In this document: positions 21,477 through 30,824 of the stretch, one piece after another | Position numbering within the stretch: the first letter of the stretch is position 1 | Layout: every line of letters begins with the position of its first letter | From: Pseudonocardiales bacterium | GTDB lineage: Bacteria > Actinomycetota > Actinomycetes > Mycobacteriales > Jatrophihabitantaceae | Length of the DNA stretch: 56,062 bases | Assembly: GCA_030840445.1 (NCBI GenBank) | Contig: JAVEEN010000117.1 | Span: 1-56,062, forward strand | Direction of reading: 5' to 3' | Position numbers and translations under genes: made by a program | Notes under the pieces: model-generated | What the model was told of the DNA's origin: nothing | Database searches by the model: none | What the model saw: only the letters and a program-made list of their open reading frames with translations

Positions 21477-23126
21477 ATGCTCGTCCACCTCGACGCCTCG
21501 GCGGTCCGCCGGTGGTGCAGCATGGCGGCCGAGGACCTGGAGGCACATCGCGGCGAGATCGATGATCTGAACGTCTTCCCGATTCCGGACGGAGACACCG
21601 GCACGAACCTCGCGCTGACGCTGAAGAGTGCCAACGAGGCAGTGGCCGGTGACCGCTCCGCGGCGGTCGGGGCGGTGCTGCGAGTGATGGCACGCGGAGC
21701 GCTCCTGGGCGCCCGCGGAAACTCGGGGGTGATCGTCTCCCAGCTGCTGCGGGGCCTGGCCGACAGTTTGGACGGCGCCGTCGAGGCAGACGCGGCGATG
21801 ATCGTCGCAGGCTTGCGGCGGGCCGCCGACGCCGCGTACGCCGCGGTGTCCCAGCCGGTCGAAGGCACGATCCTGTCGGTCATCAAGGGCGCGGCCGAGG
21901 CGGCCGAGGCGGCGACCGACGCCGACCTCGCGACCGTGGTGCAGGCCTGCGTCGGCGGGGCTCGTGAGTCGCTGCGCCGGACCCCCGATCAGCTGGCGGT
22001 ACTGGCCCGAGCGGGCGTGGTCGATGCCGGCGGCCGCGGATTGGTCGTCCTGCTCGAGGCACTCGCCACCGTCGTTGTCGGATGGAGCGCACCTGATGGC
22101 CCGCCGGGGCCGAGCCGAACGGCACCCCGCAATCGCGCGGCGCTGGAGGCGATCAGAGAAGCGGGCAGCGACGCGTTCGGCTATGAGGTGCAGTACCTGC
22201 TGCACACGACCGAGGAGGGCATCGAGTCCCTCAAGTCGGTCTTGCAACGGCTGGGGGATTCCGTCGTCGTCGTCGGCTCCGGCGAAGCGACCGCCGGATC
22301 CGTTCACGACAGCGCGCAGACCGGGTTGTTCAACGTGCACGTGCATGTCAACGACGTGGGAGCTGCCATCGAGGCGGGTATCGAGGTTGGTCGCCCGCAC
22401 CGCATCACGGTGACGAGGTTCGCCGATCAGGTCGCTGCGGAGGGCGACGGTCGCTATCGCGAGGGAACAGTCCTGGTCGCCGTCGCACCAGGTGTCGGCT
22501 TGGCTGACCTGTTCCGGTCGGAGGGAGTGCTCGTCGTCGACGGTGGGCCCACCTGTAATCCGTCGACCGCCGAGGTCCTCAACGAGCTGGTCAGCAGCCA
22601 GGCGGCGCGGGTGATCCTGCTGCCGAACGCTGCTGCGGTGGACGGCGTGGCTGAGATGGCAGCCGAGGAAGCCCGAGCGCAGGGGATCGAGGTGGCGGTG
22701 ATCCCGACGAAATCACCGGTGCAAGGCCTAGCCGCGGTGGCGGTACACGACGAGAACAGGCGATTCGAGGACGACGTCATCGCCCTGGCCGAAGCCGCCG
22801 CCGCTACCCGGTTCGCCGAGGTGACCATTGCCGTTCGCGAATCGATCACCTATGTCGGGCGTTGCCAGGCGGGGGACGTTCTGGGGCTCATCGATGGTGA
22901 GGTCGTCGAGATCGGCGCCGAGGTGGCGGCCGTAGGGATCAGCCTGGTGGAGCGGCTGATCAGCGCAGGCGCCGAACTGGTGACCGTGCTGGCCGGTTCC
23001 GATCCCGGCGGAACAGAGGCCGCAGCGGTGCTCGCGTCCCATGTCAAGGCGCACCATCCCCTGATCGAGTTGAATGCGTTTGCCGGTGGTCAGCCGTATT
23101 TCCCGCTGCTGATCGGAGCCGAATAG
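21477..23126 (+). CDS. DAK2-domain protein (FakA/YloV-like)
   Basis: LNVFPIPDGDTGTN, ARGNSGVI, VVDAGG, HVHVND, NPST, GGQPYF. Confidence 0.92.
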   Translation: MLVHLDASAVRRWCSMAAEDLEAHRGEIDDLNVFPIPDGDTGTNLALTLKSANEAVAGDRSAAVGAVLRVMARGALLGARGNSGVIVSQLLRGLADSLDGAVEADAAMIVAGLRRAADAAYAAVSQPVEGTILSVIKGAAEAAEAATDADLATVVQACVGGARESLRRTPDQLAVLARAGVVDAGGRGLVVLLEALATVVVGWSAPDGPPGPSRTAPRNRAALEAIREAGSDAFGYEVQYLLHTTEEGIESLKSVLQRLGDSVVVVGSGEATAGSVHDSAQTGLFNVHVHVNDVGAAIEAGIEVGRPHRITVTRFADQVAAEGDGRYREGTVLVAVAPGVGLADLFRSEGVLVVDGGPTCNPSTAEVLNELVSSQAARVILLPNAAAVDGVAEMAAEEARAQGIEVAVIPTKSPVQGLAAVAVHDENRRFEDDVIALAEAAAATRFAEVTIAVRESITYVGRCQAGDVLGLIDGEVVEIGAEVAAVGISLVERLISAGAELVTVLAGSDPGGTEAAAVLASHVKAHHPLIELNAFAGGQPYFPLLIGAE

Positions 23127-23218
23127 CCGCCCGCTATCAGAACCGGACGCCGATCGCCGCGTGCCACCGCCGGACGCGCCAGTATTGGCTCGTCGGACCG
23201 TTCTGGCACAGTGATCGT

Positions 23219-25438
23219 ATGGCCTCCCGGGATACGTTGCTGCGCGAGATCGTGGGCGGCAAGGCGGCCAAGGCGCTCGGCTCGGCCCTCGAACTCACGA
23301 CAGTGGGCGAGCTGCTGCGCCACTATCCGCGGCGGTTCAGCGAACGTGGCGAACTCACCGACCTCTCGCGGCTGGTCGAGGGCGAGGAGGTCACGGTCCA
23401 AGCCGAGATCGAATCGGTGACCGGCAGGCGGATCCCCGGACGGAAGCTGCACATTTTGGAGGTGGTGATCAGCTCGGGTGCGAGCAAGGCCTCGATCAGT
23501 TTCTTCAACCAGTCATGGCGGGAGAAAGAGCTGCTCCCGGGCCGCCGGGGGTTCTTCGCCGGCAAGGTGAGCCGGTTTCGCTCGAAGCTACAGCTGAACT
23601 CGCCGGAGTACGTGCTGGAGGTCGACGACGAAGACGGGCTGACCGTCAGGGACTTTGCCAACACCCTCATTCCGGTGTATCCCGCCGCCAACGGTTTGCC
23701 GTCCTGGACGATCGCCAAGTGCGTCTCGCTCGTGCTGGATCAGCTCGATGAGGTGAGTGACCCGCTGCCCTATGAGGTAAAGGCCCGGGCCGGACTGATG
23801 GATTTGGATTGGGCGCTGCGGCATATCCATCGCCCCGAGAGCCGAGCCGAGTACAGCAAGGCCCGGCACCGGCTTGCCTTCGACGAGGCGTTCGGAGTGC
23901 AGCTCATACTGGCTCAGCGCAAGCACGCGCAGGCGGCGAATCCCGCGGTGGCCCGGCCGCCGGGACGTGGTGGCTTGGTCGCGGCCTTCGAGGATCGGCT
24001 GCCGTTCACCTTCACGGCCGAACAGGCCGACATCGCCGAGCTGATCTCGCGTGAGCTCGCCGCCGAGCATCCGATGCAACGGCTCCTGCAGGGCGAGGTC
24101 GGTTCGGGTAAGACAGTGGTGGCGCTACGGGCGATGCTCCAGGTGGTCGATACCGGTGGCCAGGCCGCCTTGCTCGCGCCGACCGAGGTGCTGGCGGCCC
24201 AGCACGAGGCGACCGTCCTCGAGCTACTCGGGGACCTGGCTCGCGCCGGTCAGCTGGGTGGCTCCGACCGCGGTACGACGGTCGCGCTGCTGACCGGATC
24301 GATGTCGGCGGGTGCCCGTCGCGCCGCGCTGCTCGACGCGGCGTCGGGAGCGGCCGGCATCGTGATCGGCACCCACGCCCTGATCCAGGATCACGTCCAG
24401 TTCGCCGACCTCGGCCTGGTCGTGATCGATGAACAACATCGTTTCGGGGTGGAACAGCGTGACGCCCTGCGCAGCAAGGCGAGCGCACCTCCGCACATGC
24501 TGGTCATGACGGCAACGCCGATTCCGCGCACGGTCGCAATGACCGTGTACGGCGACCTGGAAACGTCGGAGCTGCGCGAGTTGCCGGCCGGCCGGTCGAA
24601 GGTGGATACCACCGTGGTGCCGATCACCGACAAGCCGGGTTGGCTGGACCGGGTCTGGGAGCGAGTGCACAAAGAGGTCGCCAAGGGCCGGCAGGTGTAC
24701 ATCGTGTGCCCGCGGATCGGCGAGGGTGACGAGGGCGGCCAGCTCGATGATCCACTCGATGATCCAGCGGGCACGGCCGATCTGGGACCCGACTCCGACG
24801 AGGAAGCCGCCCAGACGGCCTCCGTGCTGTCCACCTACGCCGAGCTGAAGGCCGGACCACTCGCCGGCTTGCGACTGGGTTTGATGCATGGCCGGCTCAG
24901 CGGCGATCAGAAGTCCGCCGTCATGGCCGATTTCGCGACCGGCACCTGCGATGTGCTCATCTCGACCACGGTCATCGAGGTCGGCGTCAACGTACCGAAC
25001 GCGACCCTGATGATCATTCTGGACGCCGACCGGTTCGGTGTCTCCCAGTTGCACCAACTGCGCGGCAGGGTAGGTCGGGGCAGCTACGACGACGCCGATC
25101 ACAAGAACTACTGCTTGTTGCTCACGCGGCTACCGTCGGCGCACCCGTCCCTGCGCCGGCTGGAGTCGGTGGCCGAGACCACGGACGGCTTCGCGCTCGC
25201 GAGACTGGATCTGGAAGAACGGCGTGAGGGCGACGTGCTCGGCGACCTGCAGTCGGGACGCCGATCACGGCTCAAGTTGCTTTCGCTGCTGCGTGACGAG
25301 AAGCTGATCATGGATGCCCGACTCGAGGCGAGACAGGTCATAGCGGGGGACCCCTCATTGGTCGAACACCCCGAGTTGCAGGAATTCCTGTGGGAATCCT
25401 TCGACTCCGAGCGCGCCGACTACCTGCACAAGGCCTGA
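23219..25438 (+). CDS. recG: ATP-dependent DNA helicase RecG
   Basis: QGEVGSGKT, DEQHRFG, TATPIPRT, QLRGRVGR, DGFALARLDL. Confidence 0.96.
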   Translation: MASRDTLLREIVGGKAAKALGSALELTTVGELLRHYPRRFSERGELTDLSRLVEGEEVTVQAEIESVTGRRIPGRKLHILEVVISSGASKASISFFNQSWREKELLPGRRGFFAGKVSRFRSKLQLNSPEYVLEVDDEDGLTVRDFANTLIPVYPAANGLPSWTIAKCVSLVLDQLDEVSDPLPYEVKARAGLMDLDWALRHIHRPESRAEYSKARHRLAFDEAFGVQLILAQRKHAQAANPAVARPPGRGGLVAAFEDRLPFTFTAEQADIAELISRELAAEHPMQRLLQGEVGSGKTVVALRAMLQVVDTGGQAALLAPTEVLAAQHEATVLELLGDLARAGQLGGSDRGTTVALLTGSMSAGARRAALLDAASGAAGIVIGTHALIQDHVQFADLGLVVIDEQHRFGVEQRDALRSKASAPPHMLVMTATPIPRTVAMTVYGDLETSELRELPAGRSKVDTTVVPITDKPGWLDRVWERVHKEVAKGRQVYIVCPRIGEGDEGGQLDDPLDDPAGTADLGPDSDEEAAQTASVLSTYAELKAGPLAGLRLGLMHGRLSGDQKSAVMADFATGTCDVLISTTVIEVGVNVPNATLMIILDADRFGVSQLHQLRGRVGRGSYDDADHKNYCLLLTRLPSAHPSLRRLESVAETTDGFALARLDLEERREGDVLGDLQSGRRSRLKLLSLLRDEKLIMDARLEARQVIAGDPSLVEHPELQEFLWESFDSERADYLHKA

Positions 25439-25569
25439 ATCGGTAGTAGCGGTCGGCGCGGCGCCGGATGTGCACCGGTTGGGCCGGGAACCGCCAAGGG
25501 TAATCGGCCGGTTTCAGTACCTGCCGCTCGCCTCGCGTCGCGTCCCGGACCGGTCTAAGGTGCTCAGGC

Positions 25570-26127
25570 GTGACGCGGATCGTCGGGGGGACCGCGCGGG
25601 GACGCCGGATCGCGGTGCCGCCCCGCGGCACCAGGCCCACTTCGGAGCGGGCGCGCGAGGCACTGTTCAACACGCTGAGCACCGAGTTGGACCTCGTAGG
25701 CGCCCGGGCACTCGATCTGTTCGCCGGGTCGGGTGCGGTCGGCATCGAGGCCCTCTCCCGAGGCGCCGAGGTGGCGGTGTTCGTCGAATCCGACCATCGG
25801 GCTGCAGCCATCCTGCAGGAGAACCTGAACGCGGTGCGCCTGTCTGGCGCCGTGCTGTATCGATGCAGTGCCGAGACGTATCTGGCCGCCGTGGGCGCCG
25901 ACGATCCGTTCGACTTCGTGTTCCTCGATCCGCCCTACGCGGTCCCCCCCGGTGCCGTGGCCCGACTGCTGGAGACCCTCGCCGACGAGCGCTGGTTGGT
26001 CGAGGGTGCGGTCGTGGTGGTCGAACGGTCGTGGCGTGACCCACAGCCGGAGTGGCCGAGTGAGATCAAGGCCATGAAACAGCGCCGCTACGGTGAGGGC
26101 TCTCTTTGGTACGGTCGCCGCGGGTAG
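25570..26127 (+). CDS. rsmD: 16S rRNA m2G966 methyltransferase
   Basis: RPTSERAREALFN, DLFAGSG, DPPY. Confidence 0.95.
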   Translation: MTRIVGGTARGRRIAVPPRGTRPTSERAREALFNTLSTELDLVGARALDLFAGSGAVGIEALSRGAEVAVFVESDHRAAAILQENLNAVRLSGAVLYRCSAETYLAAVGADDPFDFVFLDPPYAVPPGAVARLLETLADERWLVEGAVVVVERSWRDPQPEWPSEIKAMKQRRYGEGSLWYGRRG

Positions 26128-26165
26128 TGCGCCCACCAGCGAAACCACGTGAGGCGAAGGTACCG

Positions 26166-26675
26166 ATGACCGCTGATCCAACCATCCGCAAGGCCGTCTG
26201 CCCGGGATCCTTCGACCCGGTCACCAACGGTCATCTCGACATCATCGGTCGGGCGGCTCAGTTGTACGACGAGGTCGTGGTCGCGGTGCTGATCAACAAG
26301 ACCAAGTCCAGCCTGTTCACGGTGCAGGAGCGCCTGGACCTGCTGACCGAGGTCACCAGTAAGTACCCCAATGTCCGGGTGGATGCGTTCCACGGCCTGC
26401 TGGTCGACTACTGCCGGGCGAACGGGATAGCCGTGATTCTCAAGGGCATCCGTGCCGTGAGCGATTTCGACTACGAGTTGAAGATGGCTCAGATGAATCG
26501 AGGTCTGGCGGGTATCGACACCTTGTTCATGCCGACGAATCCCGAGTACAGCTTCCTCGCCTCCAGTTTGGTCAAGGAGATCGCCACCTATGGTGGTGAC
26601 ATGAGCAGCATGGTGCCCGACGTGGTCCATGCCCGGATGCTGGAACGAATCGAGGAGAAAAACCGCCGTGACTGA
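26166..26675 (+). CDS. coaD: phosphopantetheine adenylyltransferase
   Basis: PGSFDPVTNGH, GIRAVSDFDYE, SSLVKE. Confidence 0.96.
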   Translation: MTADPTIRKAVCPGSFDPVTNGHLDIIGRAAQLYDEVVVAVLINKTKSSLFTVQERLDLLTEVTSKYPNVRVDAFHGLLVDYCRANGIAVILKGIRAVSDFDYELKMAQMNRGLAGIDTLFMPTNPEYSFLASSLVKEIATYGGDMSSMVPDVVHARMLERIEEKNRRD

Positions 26676-27300
26676 TCACACTCTGGCCCGTGCCGATGAG
26701 GTGCTGACCGAGCTGGTCGAGCTGGTGGAAACCGCACGGACACTCCCGATGTCCTCATCCTGCGTAGTCCCGCGTGAACGCACGCTGGACCTGCTCGACG
26801 CCCTGCGCGAGGTGTTGCCGCCGGAGATGATGGAAGCGCGCCGCCTCGTCGCGCAGCGCGACCGGCTGCTGGCCGAGGCCGCCGAGCGAGCCGAAGAGTT
26901 GACCCGGTCCGCGAACGAGGAGGCGAATACCGTGACCGACACGGCTCGCGCCGAGGCTCACAATCTGATCGAGAATGCCCAGACCGAGCAGGCCCAGCTG
27001 GTGGCCTCGGCAACGGTGCATCAGACGGCTACCGCAGAAGCGGACCGGATCGGCGCCATGGCCGAGGCGTATGCCGAGGCGACCCGGCGGGAGGCCGAGG
27101 AGTACGCCGGACGGCTCAAGGCCGACGCGCACGGATATGCCGAGCGCACCCTGTCCGAGCTCGTCGACAACCTGCAACGGCTCGCTGCCACGGCCGAAAA
27201 CGGTCGGGCCGCCCTGGGCGGGAGTGCCGCGTCGGAGCCGCCCGGAGAACCCGCCCCCGGGTTCGGTCCCGTCACGGACGGTTCGCACGACGCCGGCTGA
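26668..27300 (+). CDS. DivIVA-like coiled-coil protein (SepIVA-like)
   Basis: ARTLPMSSSCVVPR..LDLLD..LP motif then Ala/Glu-rich coiled coil; conserved before yceD-rpmF-rnc. Confidence 0.8.
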   Translation: MTDHTLARADEVLTELVELVETARTLPMSSSCVVPRERTLDLLDALREVLPPEMMEARRLVAQRDRLLAEAAERAEELTRSANEEANTVTDTARAEAHNLIENAQTEQAQLVASATVHQTATAEADRIGAMAEAYAEATRREAEEYAGRLKADAHGYAERTLSELVDNLQRLAATAENGRAALGGSAASEPPGEPAPGFGPVTDGSHDAG

Positions 27301-27368
27301 ACCCGGTGGCCACCCAGCGATTTCACCTCAGGCCGTCGCCTCGGGTAGCCTGAACGACGGCCAATTGC

Positions 27369-28013
27369 ATGTTCTGGCCAAGGCGCACAGTTCCGCACGT
27401 TTCTGCTTACCGAAGGTCAACCGTGAATACCCGCAGCTTGTTCGTCCTGGATACCCGGGAAGTCGGACGAGCCCCAGGGGCTCGGCGCGACTACCGGCGC
27501 GAGATTCCTGCTCCTGCGCACCTCGGCTTGGACATGATCGGGGTTCCTGAAGGTTCTCCGCTCGATCTGACTGTGCGGCTCGAATCGGTGACCGAAGGTG
27601 TCCTGGCGACAGGATCGGTGACCGGCGAGCTCAGTGGTGAGTGCGGGCGGTGTCTGATCAGGTTCGCCGACGAGTTGGAGGTCGAGTTCGTCGAGCTGTT
27701 CGCTTATCGCGACAGCGCCACGGAGCAGACCACCGACCCGGATGAGGTGTCCCGGCTGCAGGGCGATCGTCTCGACCTGGAGCCGGTGGTGCGCGACGTC
27801 ACGGTATTGAGCTTGCCGCTCACGCCGTTGTGCCAGCCGGATTGCGGCGGTCTGTGCTCCGAGTGCGGAGAGCGGATCGACGACCTTCCGGACGGCCATT
27901 CGCACACCAAGATCGACCCCCGTTGGGCCGCTCTCACCGAGCGGTTCGACACCGAAGCAGCTCGGACCCAAGGCCAACCGGCCGGAAGCAGTCCGACAGA
28001 GAGTCAGGAGTAA
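27369..28013 (+). CDS. yceD: DUF177/YceD family protein
   Basis: ECGRCL, PLCQPDCGGLCSECG, IDPRWAAL; start may be GTG 27423. Confidence 0.9.
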   Translation: MFWPRRTVPHVSAYRRSTVNTRSLFVLDTREVGRAPGARRDYRREIPAPAHLGLDMIGVPEGSPLDLTVRLESVTEGVLATGSVTGELSGECGRCLIRFADELEVEFVELFAYRDSATEQTTDPDEVSRLQGDRLDLEPVVRDVTVLSLPLTPLCQPDCGGLCSECGERIDDLPDGHSHTKIDPRWAALTERFDTEAARTQGQPAGSSPTESQE

Positions 28014-28018
28014 CCGTC

Positions 28019-28198
28019 GTGGCCGTCCCGAAGCGGAAGACCTCGCGTTCCAACACCCGGAGCCGACGCTCCCAGTGGAAGACCACCGCGCCCACCTTGG
28101 TCAGCTGCCCGAACCGCGCCTGTGCGCAGCCCAAGCTGCCGCACACCGCGTGCAGCAACTGTGGTCAGTACGACGGACGGCAGGTTCTCGCGGTCTGA
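28019..28198 (+). CDS. rpmF: 50S ribosomal protein L32 (Zn-binding form)
   Basis: MAVPKRKTSRSNTRSRRSQWK..C....C..PH..C..CG.Y. Confidence 0.96.
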   Translation: MAVPKRKTSRSNTRSRRSQWKTTAPTLVSCPNRACAQPKLPHTACSNCGQYDGRQVLAV

Positions 28199-28242
28199 CC
28201 GCGAGCCGATGGCCTCCAGGCTGAACTGTTTCGGGGTCGAGC

Positions 28243-29154
28243 GTGGCCGCTAAACAGCTCCCGCCCGCCGACCCAGCCGAACTGGCTGCCGAGCTCGGTG
28301 TCCAGATGGACGCCGAGCTTTTTCGGCGTGCCCTGACGCATCGGTCCTACGCCTACGAGAACGGCGATCTGCCCCATAACGAACGCCTGGAATTCCTCGG
28401 CGACTCGGTGCTCGGCGTTGTGATCACCGAGGCCCTCTACCGCAATCATCCCGATCTGCCCGAGGGCAAGCTGGCCAAGCTCCGCGCATCGGTGGTGAAC
28501 ATGCGCGCCCTGGCCGAGGTGGCCCGCACCATCGGCACGGACGGTATCGGCCGGTATGTGCTGCTCGGGCGCGGCGAGGACGCGACCGGCGGTCGTGACA
28601 AGCCTTCGATCCTGGCCGACACGCTCGAGGCCATTCTGGGCGCGATCCATCTCGAACACGGCATCGGCGTCGCGGCCGAGGTCATCCATCGGCTGTTCGA
28701 CGAGGTGCTGCGGGCGGCTCCCGGGTACGGAGCAGGTCTCGACTGGAAGACCTCGTTGCAGGAGCTCACCGCGTTGAACGGGTTGGGTGTACCCGAGTAC
28801 CGGATCACCTCGAGCGGGCCCGATCACGCCAAATCCTTCACCGCCGCCGCGGTGGTGGACGGCAGTACCTACGACGTGCGACCCGGGCGGAGCAAGAAGG
28901 AAGCCGAGCAGTCCGCGGCCGAGGCGGCCTGGCGGGCGCTCAACCCGAACTCGACGGACGCGTCGCCGCTCGCACCGCCGGCGCCATCGACTGAGGCATC
29001 GCGGGCCGACAGCGCGCCGAGCTACAACGGCGCGCCGGACCCCCTGGACCTGGAACAGCTCGAGGCGCGCGAATCCGCCGACGAATCGTCCGACGAATTG
29101 GCCGACGAATTGATAGGGACCTCGGAGCCCGTGGCCGAACAGTCCGGTGCCTGA
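28243..29154 (+). CDS. rnc: ribonuclease III with acidic C-terminal extension
   Basis: [31 protein letters not shown]. Confidence 0.96.
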   Translation: MAAKQLPPADPAELAAELGVQMDAELFRRALTHRSYAYENGDLPHNERLEFLGDSVLGVVITEALYRNHPDLPEGKLAKLRASVVNMRALAEVARTIGTDGIGRYVLLGRGEDATGGRDKPSILADTLEAILGAIHLEHGIGVAAEVIHRLFDEVLRAAPGYGAGLDWKTSLQELTALNGLGVPEYRITSSGPDHAKSFTAAAVVDGSTYDVRPGRSKKEAEQSAAEAAWRALNPNSTDASPLAPPAPSTEASRADSAPSYNGAPDPLDLEQLEARESADESSDELADELIGTSEPVAEQSGA

Positions 29155-30016
29155 GCTTCCTGAGGTCGAAACTGTTCGAGCCGGTCTAGAGCGATGGGTC
29201 GTCGATCGCACCATCACCGGCCTGGATTCGGTGCATCCGCGGGCGGTGCGCCGTCATCTGGCCGGGCCGGGTGATCTGGCCGATCGACTCCGCGGACGAA
29301 CCGTGACGTCGGCTCAACGGCGGGGCAAGTACCTGTGGCTGCCGTTGGACGACGGGCCCGACGCCCTGATCGCGCATCTGGGCATGAGCGGCCAGCTATT
29401 GATCACCGAACCAGGATCGCCGCCCGGACCGCACCTGCGAGCACGGTTCCGGTTCAGCGACGGGGGGCGAGAACTCAGGTTCGTCGACCAGCGCACCTTC
29501 GGGGGTGTGCATCTGGACGAACTCGTTCCGGACGGGGTCGGCCTGGTGCCCGCCGGGATTGCCCACATCGCCCGTGACCCGATGGACGAGCATTTCGACG
29601 ACGCGGGCTGGATCTCCTCGGTCCGCCGTCGGCAGACCACGATCAAGCGGGCCCTGCTCGATCAATCGGGTATCTCCGGGGTCGGCAACATCTATGCCGA
29701 TGAGGCGTTGTGGCGTGCGCAGTTGCACGGTGATCGACCGACCGGCTCACTCAGCAGGCCGCGGCTGGTGCTCCTGCTGGCCGCGCTACGCGAGGTGTTC
29801 GCCGACGCGCTGGCCGCCGGCGGTACGTCCTTCGACGCGTTGTATGTCAACGTCAACGGTGAGAGTGGTTACTTCGGTCGATCGCTCAACACTTACGGTC
29901 GTCAGGGTGAGCCCTGTCCCCGATGCGGCCGCGCGATCGTCCGGGCGAGGTGGATGAACCGCTCGTCCTATTTCTGCCCGAACTGCCAGCGGGTACCCCG
30001 CAGGCGCTCGCCGTGA
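29147..30016 (+). CDS. mutM: formamidopyrimidine-DNA glycosylase
   Basis: [36 protein letters not shown] zinc finger. Confidence 0.96.
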   Translation: MPELPEVETVRAGLERWVVDRTITGLDSVHPRAVRRHLAGPGDLADRLRGRTVTSAQRRGKYLWLPLDDGPDALIAHLGMSGQLLITEPGSPPGPHLRARFRFSDGGRELRFVDQRTFGGVHLDELVPDGVGLVPAGIAHIARDPMDEHFDDAGWISSVRRRQTTIKRALLDQSGISGVGNIYADEALWRAQLHGDRPTGSLSRPRLVLLLAALREVFADALAAGGTSFDALYVNVNGESGYFGRSLNTYGRQGEPCPRCGRAIVRARWMNRSSYFCPNCQRVPRRRSP

Positions 30017-30309
30017 CCGGCGCTGACGAGCAGCAGTCGGTGCGGCTGACGGCCTGGGTGCACGGCTCGGTGCAGGGCGTCGGGTTCCGCTGGTGGACCC
30101 GCTCACATGCCTTGGAGTTGGGCCTCGTCGGCTGGGCGAAGAACCTCGCCGACGGCAGGGTCGAGATCGTGGCCGAAGGCACCCGTGAGCAATGTGACCG
30201 GCTGGTTGCAGCGCTGCGGTCGGTCCGGGCACCGGGCCGGGTGACCGGGGTGAGCGCCCAGGACTACGTCCCGGCGCGCGGCGGGGTGGAAGGCTTTACA
30301 GAGCGTTGA
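30013..30309 (+). CDS. acyP: acylphosphatase
   Basis: [23 protein letters not shown]. Confidence 0.93.
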   Translation: MTGADEQQSVRLTAWVHGSVQGVGFRWWTRSHALELGLVGWAKNLADGRVEIVAEGTREQCDRLVAALRSVRAPGRVTGVSAQDYVPARGGVEGFTER

Positions 30310-30510
30310 CGCCGAGTGCCTCGATCCAGCCGGTCGGCGCGGCGCGGGCATTCTGGGATTTGTTTCTTGGCGCTCGCGGTGCGACCATTGGATGACAGAC
30401 ATCACTCCTCAACCGGCTCGGTGCCGGCGGCTCTGTGTGTGTGAAGCCGACCGCTCCACACCATATTCAGGGGTCGCCCCGGTCGGTCGAGACCCGCGAA
30501 AGGTCGCAAC

Positions 30511-30699
30511 ATGGCCAGGGCGTTGCTGGGACACCTTCCCAACTCTGCAGATCGTCACCTCATCCAAGAAAACGCCCGGCTCCAGGCCCGCGTGCGGGAT
30601 CTCGAGGCGCAGCTCGCCGAGCTGAAGGATTCGATGTCCTCGGTGGAATTGCTGGATGAGCTGCATAGAATCACCAGTTCCGCTTCCGCCCTCGCCTGA
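30511..30699 (+). CDS. small coiled-coil protein upstream of smc
   Basis: MARALLGH..ENARLQARVRDLEAQLAEL heptads; SD aaagg. Confidence 0.75.
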   Translation: MARALLGHLPNSADRHLIQENARLQARVRDLEAQLAELKDSMSSVELLDELHRITSSASALA

Positions 30700-30824
30700 C
30701 GGCCGACACGCGCCGGTTGACGGTAGATTGCCTGTGCGGTGTCGGCGAAGGCTCCACCAGCTGTCCGATGGAACCTTCCACCTGCCGCGGTGAACACCGT
30801 CCTCTAGCCACGTCCGGAGCCTGA

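Noticed and set aside
25439-25569. Riboswitch-like sequence between recG and rsmD (gaatc..gggaacc..gggtaatcggc)
   Set aside because: Only superficially like the c-di-AMP riboswitch; conserved 3' elements are absent and rsmD appears to have its own promoter
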